Of a DNA stretch of 64,000 bases, positions 49,622-61,334 are shown piece after piece. Both the position numbers and the translations under genes were made by a program. This stretch comes from Pristiophorus japonicus. Its lineage: Eukaryota. The stretch lies in NCBI RefSeq assembly GCF_044704955.1, contig NC_092003.1, positions 7,812,001 to 7,876,000 of the forward strand, given 5' to 3'. Each line of letters opens with the position of its first letter. Position 1 is the first letter of the stretch. The notes under the pieces are model-generated. The model saw only the letters and a list, made by a program, of their open reading frames with translations, made no database searches and was not told where the DNA came from.

Positions 49622-50272
49622 ATGAGCACGGGAGACCTCTCGCTCTCTGGGACGACGGGCGCAGCAGACGGTGAGACGCTGCCGCCGGACCTGGGCCGGG
49701 TGGCCCAGGAGGAGCTGCTGAGCTGGGGCAAAGTGCAGCTGGTGCAGCAGCTCCGCCGCGCCGAGGCGGACAAGGTGGCGGCGCTGGTGCAGCGGGGCCG
49801 GCTGATCCAGGAGGTGAACCGGCAGCTTGAGGGCCACCTGCTGGAGGTGCGCCAACTCAAGGCCGCCAACCAGCGCCTGCGGGACGAGAACCAGGAGCTG
49901 CGGCACCTCTGCTGCTTCCTGGACGAGGAGCGGCTGAAGGCGCGGCGCCTGGCCCGCCAGTGGCAGGGCTTCGGGCGCCACGCTGCGCGGGTGATGCGGG
50001 AGGACGTGGGCGGCTACCTGCGCAAGCTGGCCGAGCTGGAGCAGCTGCAGGGGGCCCTGGCCCAGGACAACCGGGACCTGCAGGAGCTGTGCCTCCTGGC
50101 GCTGGACGCGGCCGCCCAGGGGAACCCCGGCCAGGGCCCCGGCGCCAGCCCGGCCGGCTCGTCCGACCTCAACCTCCCCTGCGGGCCCCGGGACCTGGGC
50201 GACGGCAGCTCCAGCGCCGGCAGCGTGGGCAGCCCCGACCCACTGCAGCTGGCCTGCTCACCCGAGGATTAG
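49622..50272 (+). CDS. CCDC85B: Coiled-coil domain-containing protein 85B (DIPA), single coding exon, 216 aa
   Basis: ALVQRGRLIQEVNRQLEGHLLEVRQLK, ENQELRHLCCFLDEER and C-terminal CGPRDLGDGSSSAGSVGSPD..LACSPED match CCDC85B. Head-to-head with FIBP as in mammals. Confidence 0.95.
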   Translation: MSTGDLSLSGTTGAADGETLPPDLGRVAQEELLSWGKVQLVQQLRRAEADKVAALVQRGRLIQEVNRQLEGHLLEVRQLKAANQRLRDENQELRHLCCFLDEERLKARRLARQWQGFGRHAARVMREDVGGYLRKLAELEQLQGALAQDNRDLQELCLLALDAAAQGNPGQGPGASPAGSSDLNLPCGPRDLGDGSSSAGSVGSPDPLQLACSPED

Positions 50273-50304
50273 ACGCTGCCCCCTCCTCCTCCTCCTCCTC
50301 CTCC

Positions 50305-52946
50305 GGGGGTATATGTGACACTGCGTGACACCGGGGGGGTATATGTGACACTGCGTGACACCGGGGGGTATATGGGACTCTGTGTGGCCCAGTGGGTATA
50401 TGTGACACTGCGTGACACCGGGGGGGTATATGGGACACTGTGTGGCCCAGTGGGTATATGTGACACTGCGTGACACCGGGGGGTATATGGGACTCTGTGT
50501 GGCCCAGTGGGTATATGTGACACTGCGTGACACCGGGGGGTATATGGGACTCTGTGTGGCCCAGGGTATATAGAAACATAGAAACATAGAAAATAGGTGC
50601 AGGAGTAGGCCATTCGGCCCTTCGAGCCTGCACCGCCATTCAATGAGTTCATGGCTGAACATTCAACTTCAGTACCCCATTCCTGCTTTCTCGCCATACC
50701 CCTTGATCCCCCGAGTAGTAAGGACTTCATCTAACTCCTTTTTGAATATATTTAGTGAATTGGCCTCAACAACTTTCTGTGGTAGAGAATTCCACAGGTT
50801 CACCACTCTCTGGGTGAAGAAGTTCCTCCGCATCTCGGTCCTAAATGGCTTACCCCTTATCCTTAGACTGTGTGACCCCTGGTTCTGGACTTCCCCAACA
50901 TTGGGAACATTCTTCCTGCATCTAACCTGTCTAACCCCGTCAGAATTTTAAATGTTTCTATGAGGTCCCCTCTCATTCTTCTGAACTCCAGTGAATACAA
51001 GCCCAGTTGATCCAGTCTTTCTTGATAGGTCAGTCCCGCCATCCCGGGAATCAGTCTGGTGTACCTTCGCTGCACTCCCTCAATAGCAAGAATGTCCTTC
51101 CTCAGGTTAGGAGACCAAAACTGTACACAATACTCCAGGTGTGGCCTCACCAAGGCCCTGTACAACTGTAGCAACACCTCCCTGCCCCTGTACTCAAATC
51201 CCCTCGCTATGAAGGCCAACATGCCATTTGCTTTCTTAACCACCTGCTGCACCTGCATGCCAACCTTCAATGACTGATGTACCATGACACCCAGGTCTCT
51301 TTGCACCTCCCCTTTTCCTAATCTGTCACCATTCAGATAATAGTCTGTCTCTCTGTTTTTACCACCCAGGGGGTATATGTGACACTGTGTGACCCCGGGA
51401 GTATATGGGACTCATTGTGGCCCAGGGTATATGTGATTTAATGTGACCCACGTTATATGTGACTCACTGTGTGGTCTAGGGTATATGTGACGGGTTCTGG
51501 CCCAGGGTATATGTGACACTCTCTGGCCCAGGGGTATATGTAACAGACTGTGTGTCCAGGGTATATGTGATTCACTGTGACCCAGGGTATATGTGACATA
51601 CTGTGGCCCAGGGTATATGTGACACTGTGTGACCCCGGGGGTATATGTGACACTGTGTGACCCAGGGTATACGTGACACTGTGTGGCCCAGGGTATATGT
51701 GACACACTGTGACCCAGGGTATATGTGATTCACTGAGACCCAAGGTATATGTGACACACTGTGGCCCAGGGTATATGTGATTCACTGTGACCCAAGGTAC
51801 ATGTGACAGACTGTGTGGCCCAGGGTATATTTGACAGAATCTGGTCCAGAGTATATGTGATTCATTGTGACCCAGAGTATATGTGACACACTGTGGCCCA
51901 GGGTATATGTGACACACTGTGACCCAGGGTATATGTGACACACTGTGACCCAGGGTATATGTGACACACTGTGGCTCTGGGTATTTGTGATTCACTGTGG
52001 CCCAGGGTATATGTGACAGACTGTGATCCATGGTATATGTGATGCACTGTGATTCAGGGTATATGTGATGCACTGTGGCCCAGGGTATAGGTGACTCACT
52101 GCGGCTCAGGGTATATGTGATGCACTGTGACCCAGGGTATATGTGACTCACTGTGGCCCAGGGTATATGCGATGCACTGTGGCCCAGGGTATATGTGATG
52201 CACTGTGGCCCAGGGTATATGTGATGCACTGTGGCCCAGGGTATATGTGATGCACTGTGGCCCAGGGTATATGTGATGCACTGTGACCCAGGGTATATGT
52301 GACTCACTGTGGCCCAGGGTATATGTGATGCACTGTGGCCCAGGGTATATGTGATGCACTGTGGTCCAGGGTATATGTGATGCACTGTGGCCCAGGGTAT
52401 ATGTGAAGCACTGTGGCCCAGGGTATATGTGACTCACTGTGGCCCAGGGTATATGTGACTCACTGTGGCACAGGGTATATGTGATGCACTGTGGCACAGG
52501 TTATATGTGATGCACTGTGGCCCAGGGTATATGTGATGCACTGTGGCCCAGGGTATATGTGACAGACTGTGACCCATGGTATATGTGATGCACTGTGGCC
52601 CAGGGTATATGTGATGCACTGTGGTCCAGGGTATATGTGATGCACTGTGGCCCAGGGTATATGTGACGGACTGTGACCCATGGTATATGTGATGCACTGT
52701 GGCCCAGGGTATATGTGATGCACTGTGGTCCAGGGTATATGTGATGCACTGTGGCCCAGGGTATATGAGACTCACTGTGGCTCAGGGTATATGAGACTCA
52801 CTGTGGCTCAGGGCATGTGATGCACTGTGGCCCAGGGTATATGTGATGCACTGTGACCCAGGGTATATGTGATGCACTGTGACCCAGGGTATATGTGACT
52901 CACTGTGGCCCAGGGTATATGTGACTCACTGCGGCTCAGGGTATAT
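50305..52946. repeat. 26-28 bp minisatellite (GGGTATATGTGATGCACTGTGGCCCA) split by a CR1 (50571-51365, minus)
   Basis: Directly visible on both sides of the CR1. Confidence 0.9.
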
Positions 52947-54016
52947 CATTGAACCATACAATCACAGAAACTTACAGCACGGAAGGAGGCCATTCCGGCC
53001 CATTGTGTCCGCGCCGGCCGACCAAGAGCCACCCGGCCTAATCCCACTTCCCAGCTCTCGGTCTGTAGCCCTGTAGGTTACAAGCGCACATCCAAGTACT
53101 TTTTAAATGTGGTGAGGGTTTCTGCCTCTACCACCCTTTCAGGCAGTGAGTTCCGCCCCAGACCCTCTGGGTGAAGACATTTCCCCTCAAATGCCCTCTA
53201 AACCTCCCCCCAATTACTTTAAATCTATGCCCCCTGTTGAACCCTCTGCTCAGGGGAAACAGGTCTGTCCTATCCACTCTATCCAGGCCCCATATAATTT
53301 TATACACCACTATCAGGTCTCCCCTCAGCCTCCTCTGTTCCAAAGAAAACGACCCCAGCCTATCCAATCTTTCCTCGTCGCCAAAATTCTCCAGTCCCGG
53401 CAACATCCTGGTAAATCTCCTCTGTACCCTCCTCCTGTGCAATCACATCCTTCCTGCAATGTGGTGACCACAACTGCACACATATACAACTGTATACGGG
53501 GCAGGTTCCAGGCCTGGGTATATGTGCATCAGTTTACAAGCAGAATCGCACGTACTGTATAATAAGTTTAAACACTGCTCAGCGAATTATTGAGTGTTAT
53601 GAAATTTCCTGGGTCACTGCGCCACAAATGCCCGCCGTGATTGGTCGAGGGTGCTGAGAATCCGATGTAAAGTGGGACATTGAGAAATTCTTTGACCGTC
53701 CTCGTGAACTAATTTTCTGCTCGGCGACAGAGAACTGCACTGCCTCAAGCTCACTCCCGGGACAAATATCGACACACCTGAGCTCCTGGACCCCTTCTGA
53801 CGGGTAAAGAAACTTGCGGAATGCACACACCTCGTCACCGAAAGACGGTTCTGGTTTTCTGAGGTGAGGGAGGGTCGAGCGGGGAGCACTGAACAATCTG
53901 CGGGCCAATCACCATGTTTAATGCACTGACGATCATTTCTGGGAATAAGCTCACCATTGAATGGAACCCATGTCAACCCACAACTGGCACAAGAAGCAAT
54001 CTCTTTTATTATGAAA

Positions 54017-57000
54017 GCACTGAGGGAGTGCCGCACTGCGCTGTCGGAGGGGTAGTACTGAGGGAGCGCCGTACTGCACTGTCGGAAGGGCAGTGCTGAG
54101 GGAGCGCCGCACTGCGCTGTCGGAGGGGCAGTGCTGAGGGAGTGCCGCACTGTCGGAGGGGCGGTACTGAGGGAGCGCCGCACTGTCGGAGGGGCAGTAC
54201 TGAGGGAGCGGCGCACTGTCGGAGGGGCAGTACTGAGAGAGCGCCGCACTGCGCTGTCGGAGGGGTAGTACTGAGGGAGCGCCGTCCTGTCGGAGGGGCA
54301 TTGCTGAGGGAACGCCACACTGTCAGAGGGGCAGTACTGAGGAAGCACCGCACTGTCAGAGAGGCAGCACTGAGGGGGCGCCGCACTGTCGGAGGGGCAG
54401 TACTGAGGGAGTGCCGCATTGTCAGAGGGGCAGTACCGAGGGAGCGCCGCACTGTCGGAGGGGCAGTACTGAGGTAGCATCGTACCGCGCTGTCGGAGGG
54501 GTAGTACTGAGGGAGCGCCGTACTGCGCTGTCGGAGGGGCAACGCTGAGGGAGCGCCGTACCGCGCTGTCAGAGGGGTATTACTGAGGGAGCGCCGTACT
54601 GTCGGAGGGGCATTGCTGAGGGAACGCCACACTGTCGGAGGAGCTGTACTGAGGAAGCACCGCACTGTCGGAGGGGCAGTACTGAGGGAGCGCCGCACTG
54701 TCGGAGGGGCAGTGCTGAGGGAGCGCCGCACTGTCGGAGGGGCAGTACTGAGGGAACGCCGCACTGTCGGAGGGGCAGTACTGAGGGAGCGCCGCACTGT
54801 CGGAGGGGCAGTACTGAGGGAGGGCCGCACTGTCGGAGGGGCAGTACTGAGGGAACGCCGCACTGTCGGAGGGGCAGTACTGAGGGAGCGCCGCACTGTC
54901 GGAGGGGCAGTACTGAGGGAACGCCGCACTGTCGGAGGGGCATTACTGAGGGAGCGCCGCACTGTCGGAGGGGCAGTACTGAGGGAGGGCCGCACTGTCG
55001 GAGGGGCAGTACTGAGGGAACGCCGCACTGTCGGAAGGGCAGTACTGAGGGAGCGCCGCACTGTCGGAGGGGCAGTACTGAGGGAGGGCCGCACTGTCGG
55101 AGGGGCAGTACTGAGGGAGGGCCGCACTGTCGGAGGGGCAGTACTGAGGGAACGCCGCACTGTCGGAGGGGCAGTACTGAGGGAGCGCCGCACTGTCGGA
55201 GGGGCAGTACTGAGGGAACGCCGCACTGTCGGAGGGGCATTACTGAGGGAGCGCCGCACTGTCGGAGGGGCAGTACTGAGGGAACGCCGCACTGTCGGAG
55301 GGGCATTACTGAGGGAGCGCCGCACTGAGGGAGGGCCGCACTGTCGGAGGGGCAGTACTGAGGGAACGCCGCACTGTCGGAGGGGCAGTACTGAGGGAGC
55401 GCCGCACTGTCGGAGGGGCAGTACTGAGGGAACGCCGCACTGTCGGAGGAGCTGTACTGAGGAAGCACCGCACTGTCGGAGGGGCAGTACTGAGGGAGCG
55501 CCGCACTATCGGAGGGGCAGCACTGAGGGAGCGCCGCACTATTGGAGGGGCAGCACTGAGGGAGCGCCGCACTGTCAGAGGGGCAGCACTGAGGGAGCGC
55601 CGCACTGTCGGAGCGGCAGTACTGAGGGAACGCCGCACTGTCGGAAGGGCAGTACTGAGGGAGCGCCGCACTGTCGGAGGGGCAGTACTGAGGGAGGGCC
55701 GCACTGTCGGAGGGGCAGTACTGAGGGAACGCCGCACTGTCGGAGGGGCAGTACTGAGGGAGCGCCGCACTGTCGGAGGGGCAGTACTGAGGGAACGCCG
55801 CACTGTCGGAGGGGCATTACTGAGGGAGCGCCGCACTGTCGGAGGGGCAGTACTGAGGGAGGGCCGCACTGTCGGAGGGGCAGTACTGAGGGAACGCCGC
55901 ACTGTCGGAGGGGCAGTACTGAGGGAGCGCCGCACTGTCGGAGGGGCAGTACTGAGGGAGGGCCGCACTGTCGGAGGGGCAGTACTGAGGGAGGGCCGCA
56001 CTGTCGGAGGGGCAGTACTGAGGGAACGCCGCACTGTCGGAGGGGCAGTACTGAGGGAGCGCCGCACTGTCGGAGGGGCAGTACTGAGGGAACGCCGCAC
56101 TGTCGGAGGGGCATTACTGAGGGAGCGCCGCACTGTCGGAGGGGCAGTACTGAGGGAACGCCGCACTGTCGGAGGGGCATTACTGAGGGAGCGCCGCACT
56201 GAGGGAGGGCCGCACTGTCGGAGGGGCAGTACTGAGGGAACGCCGCACTGTCGGAGGGGCAGTACTGAGGGAGCGCCGCACTGTCGGAGGGGCAGTACTG
56301 AGGGAGCGCCGCACTGTCGGAGGGGCAGTACTGAGGGAGCGCCGCACTGTCGGAGGGGCAGTACTGAGGTAGCGCCGCACTGTCGGAGGGGCATTACTGA
56401 GGGAGCGCCGCACTGTCGGAGGGGCAGTACTGATGGAGGGCCGCACTGTCGGAGGGGCAGTACTGAGGGAAGGCCGCACTGTCGGAGGGGCAGTACTGAG
56501 GGAACGCCGCACTGTCGGAGGGGCAGTACTGAGGGAGCGCCGCACTGTCGGAGGGGCAGTACTGAGGGCACGCCGCACTGTCGGAGGGGCATTACTGAGG
56601 GAGCGCCGCACTGTCGGAGGGGCAGTACTGAGGGAGGGCTGCACTGTCGGAGGGGCAGTACTGAGGGAACGCCGCACTGTCGGAGGGGCGGTACTGAGGG
56701 AGCGCCGCACTGTCGGAGGGGCAGTACTGAGGGAACGCCGCACTGTCGGAGGGGCAGTACTGAGGGCACTGTCGGAGGGGCAGTACTGAGGGAACGCCGC
56801 ACTGTCGGAGGGGCAGTACTGAGGGCACTGTCGGAGGGGCAGTACTGAGGGAACGCCGCACTATCGGAGGGGCAGTACTGAGGTAGCGCCGCACTTTCGG
56901 AGAGGCAGTACTGAGGGAGCGCCGCACTGTCGGAGGGGCAGTACTGAGGGAGCGCCGCACTGTCGGAGGGGCAGTACTGAGGGAGCGCCGCACTGTCGGA

Positions 57001-57510
57001 GAGGCAGTACTGAGGGAGCGCTGCACTGTCGGAGGGGCAGTACTGAGGGAGCGCCGCACTGTCGGAGGGGCAGTACTGAGGGAGCGCCGCACTGTCGGAG
57101 GGTCAGTGCTGAGGGAGCGCCACACGGTCGGAGGGGCCGTACTGAGGGAGCGCCGCACTGTCGGAGGGGCAGTACTGAGGAGCGCCGCACTGTCGGAGGT
57201 GCCGTTTTTCAGATGAGACGTTAAACCGAGGCCCCATCTGCTCTCTCAGGTGGACGCAAAAGATCCCATGGCACCATTTCGAAGAAGCGCAGGGGGAGAT
57301 CTCCCCGGTGTCCTGGGACCAATACTTATTCCTCAGCCACCACTGAAACAGATTATCTGGGTCATTATCACATTGCTGTGTGTGGGATCCTGCTGTGCAC
57401 AAATCGGCTGCCGCGTTTCCCACATTACAACAGTGACCGCACTTCCAAAAAAAATTACTTCATTGGCTGTAAAGCGCTTTGGGAGGAACCTGGATGGGGA
57501 AAAGCAATAT
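54017..57510 (+). mobile_element. DeuSINE body with ~95 x 33 bp expansion
   Basis: The array at 54017-57198 runs into the Deu domain and tail. Confidence 0.85.
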
Positions 57511-58099
57511 ATAAAAGTCATGTTTATGAGTGCGCGTGGTTGTCAAGGCAAGGCCTAGTTGAGGAGACATGATGATAAATAAATGGCACTGTTTTCAGAC
57601 ACGTTGTTTGAATTCTGAAATCAGATGCTTCATTTTATTGACCGTCCGAGTGGATGTGCTGTGTCATTGCTGGGAGGGTGTGAATGGAATAATGACGGAG
57701 ATTTATACTGTGTGACACTCTGTGTATTGTTTGAGAACTGGGCCCGTTTCAATATCAAAGGCCCTCTCCTAGTAGATGCAACCCAACTGCCTGGATGCAC
57801 AGATCGCTTTATTATAACGGGTGTCCGTATCGTTTCTTAAATGCTCAATCTTGTGTTCAAATCCCTCCATGGCCCTCGCCCCCCCCCCACTCCCTATCTC
57901 TGTAACCCCCTCCAGCCCCCACAACCCCCCGAGATCTCTGCGCTCCTCCAATTCTGGTCATCCCACCCCCGCTTTCCATCGCTCCACCATCGGCGGCCGT
58001 GCCTTCAGTCGCCTGGGCCCCCAAGCTCTGGAACTCCCTCTCTAAACCTCCTCCGCCCCTCTTTTAAGATGCTCCTTGAAGCCTCCCTAAAGTTCCCAC

Positions 58100-58800
58100 A
58101 TTACATCAGTCGTTGAAAGTTGGCATGCAGGTATAGCAGGCGGTGAAGAAGGCAAATGGTATGTTGGCCTTCATAGCGAGAGGATTTGAGTATAGGAGCA
58201 GGGAGGTCTTACTGCAGTTGTACAGGGCCTTGGTGAGGCCTCACCTGGAATATTGTGTTCAGTTTTGGTCTCCTAATCTGAGGAAGGACATTCTTGCTAT
58301 TGAGGGAGTGCAGTGAAGGTTCACCAGACTGATTCCGGGATGGCAGGACTGACATATGAAGAAAGACTGGATCGACTCGGCTTATATTCTCTGGAATTTA
58401 GAAGGATGAGAGGGGATCTCATGGAAACATATAAAATTCTGACGGGATTGGACAGGTTAGATGCAGGAAGAATGTTCCCGATGTTGGGGATGTCCAGAAC
58501 CAGGGGTCACAGTCTAAGGATAAGGGGTAAGCCATTTAGGACTGAGATGAGGAGAAACTTCTTCACTCAGAGAATTGTGAACCTGTGGAATTCTCTACTG
58601 CAGAGAGTTGTTGAGGCCACTTCATTGGATATATTCAAAAGGGAGTTAGATGCGGCCCTTACGGCTAAAGGGATCAAGGGGTATGGAGAGAAAGCAGGAA
58701 AGGGGTACTGAAGTGAATGATCAGCCATGATCTTATTGAATGGTGGTGCAGGCTCGAAGGGCCTAATGACCTACTCCTGCACCTATTTTCTATGTTTCTA
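58100..58800 (+). mobile_element. CR1 3' fragment
   Basis: ORF2 C-terminus and (TTTCTATG)n tail. Confidence 0.9.
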
Positions 58801-60489
58801 TGACTACACATCAAAACGTACTTCATTGGCTGTGAAGTGCTTTGAGACGTCCGGTGGTCGTGAAAGGCGATANNNNNNNNNNNNNNNNNNNNNNNNNNNN
58901 NNNNNNNNNNNNNNNNNNNNNNNNNNNNNNNNNNNNNNNNNNNNNNNNNNNNNNNNNNNNNNNNNNNNNNNNNNNNNNNNNNNNNNNNNNNNNNNNNNNN
59001 NNNNNNNNNNNNNNNNNNNNNNNNNNNNNNNNNNNNNNNNNNNNNNNNNNNNNNNNNNNNNNNNNNNNNNNNNNNNNNNNNNNNNNNNNNNNNNNNNNNN
59101 NNNNNNNNNNNNNNNNNNNNNNNNNNNNNNNNNNNNNNNNNNNNNNNNNNNNNNNNNNNNNNNNNNNNNNNNNNNNNNNNNNNNNNNNNNNNNNNNNNNN
59201 NNNNNNNNNNNNNNNNNNNNNNNNNNNNNNNNNNNNNNNNNNNNNNNNNNNNNNNNNNNNNNNNNNNNNNNNNNNNNNNNNNNNNNNNNNNNNNNNNNNN
59301 NNNNNNNNNNNNNNNNNNNNNNNNNNNNNNNNNNNNNNNNNNNNTGTCACCTGTCCCGAGCACCTCCTTACAGGGCTCGGCGTTAAATCCTTGTCTGATT
59401 TATGCTCCTGCGAAGCGGCTCGGGGCGTTTTACGAACGTTAAAGGCGCCATCTGTTGTGGAGCTGTCTACAATCTGCAGACTGCAGGCAGACGTCCTCTC
59501 CAGCCACACAAAGCCCGGGATTCTCTGGGCTTCCTCTGCCTGAGCTTATTTTAGCCTCCCCACTACCCTTTTTCCTGTTGTTCCGAAACTGGGAAGAATA
59601 TCCACTTCCCCGAGCCCCTCGATAGTCACAGCCAGTCCACCTCTCGTCCTCTTCTGGCCCTTCCGGGAGCTCGAAATCTTTACACATGAGATAATATCTC
59701 TGCTCCTTTTACGGGAACATGCTTCGCCTAAAGCACATCAGCGGGGAAGTTGTGTAAAACTTATATCGAGCTTTAGTTAGACCGCACTTGGAGCACGGCG
59801 CGCAGTTCTGGTCCCCGGGTTATAATAAGGATATCGAGGCACTGGAGAGGGCGCAGAGAAAGATTTGCTGGAATTATACCAGAAATGCGAGGGTATACAT
59901 ATCAGGAAAGGCTGAACAGGCTGGATCTCTTTCCTCGGGGAAAGAGACGGCTGAGGGGGCGAGCCCGATAGGAGGTCTTTAAGATGATGAAGGGGTTCGA
60001 TCGGGTAGACGTAGAGAGGATGTTTCCCACTTGTGGGAGAGACCAGAACTCGGGGCCATCAATATCAGACAGTCACTGATAAACCCAATGGGGGAATTCA
60101 GGAGAAACCTCTTTACCCAGAGAGGGGTGAGAATGTGGAACTCGCTGCCACAGGGAGGGGTTGAGGCGAATAGTATCGATGCATTTAAGGGGAAGCTGGA
60201 TAAACACATGAGGGAGAAAGGAATAGAAGGATGGGGTGTTGGGGTGAGATGGAGAGGGGTGGGAGGGGGCTGGTGTGGTGTATAAACCACGGAGCGGTGG
60301 GGCCCAATGGCCTGTTTCTGTGTTTATCCAGCCTGCCCTTAAATACATCGATACAATTCGCCTCAACCCCTCCCTGTGACAGCGAGTTCCACATTCTCAC
60401 CGCTCTCTGGGTAAAGAAGTTTCTCCTGAATTCCCCATTGGATTTATCAGTGACTGTCTTATATTAATGGCCCCCCCACCCCCCCTAGT

Positions 60490-61076
60490 TCCGATCCACC
60501 AACGATGTCTCCGCAAGATCCTGCAAATCCCCCGGGAGGACAGACGCACCAACGTTAGCGTCCTCGACCAGGCCGACATCCCCAGCATCGAAGCACTGAC
60601 CACACTCGACCAGCTCCGCTGGGCAGGGCCACATTGTCCGCATGCCCCCCAGACACGAGACTCCCAAAGCAAGCGCTCTACTCGCAACTCCTTCACGGCA
60701 AACGAGCCCCAGGTGGGCAGAGGAAACGTTACAAGGGACACCCTCAAAGCCTCCCTGATAAAGTGCAACATCCCCACCGACACCTGGGAGCCCCCCTGGC
60801 CCAAAGACCAGTCCGCCCTAAGTGGAGGAAGTGCATCCGGGAGGGCGCTGAGCACCTCGAGTCTCGTCGCCGAGAGCGTGCAGAAACCAAGCGCAGGCAG
60901 CGGAAGGAGCGTGCGGCAAACCAGTCCCACCCTCCCCTTCCCTCAACCACTGTCTGTCTCACCTGTGACAGGGACTGTGGCTCTCGTATTGGGCTGTTCA
61001 GTCACCTAAGGACTCGTGTTTAGTGTGGAAGCAAGTCTTCCTCGATTCCGAGGGACAGCCTATGATGGTGATGATG
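60490..61076 (+). mobile_element. RTE 3' fragment
   Basis: HQRCLRKILQI..LRWAG..CLTCDRDCGSRIGLFSHLRT. Confidence 0.85.
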
Positions 61077-61334
61077 AGCTAGAAACATAGAAAATAGGTG
61101 CAGGAGTAGGCCATTCGGCCCTTCGAGCCTGCACCACCATTCAATATGGTCATGGTTGAACATGCAACTTCAGTACCCCATTCCTGCTTTCTCTCCAAAC
61201 CCCTTGATCCCTTTAGCCGTAAGGGCCACATCTAACTCCCTTTTGAATTTATCCAATGAACTGGTCTCAACAACTTTCTATGGTAGAGAATTCCACAGGT
61301 TCACAATTCTCTGAGTGATGAAGTTTCTCCTCAT

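Noticed and set aside
51453-52775. HIYPGPQCITYTLGHS repeat proteins
   Set aside because: Translation of the 26 bp minisatellite.
59439-59687. MCKDFELPEGP... as a FOSL1 first exon
   Set aside because: The resemblance is only superficial, and no downstream bZIP exons were found on the minus strand.
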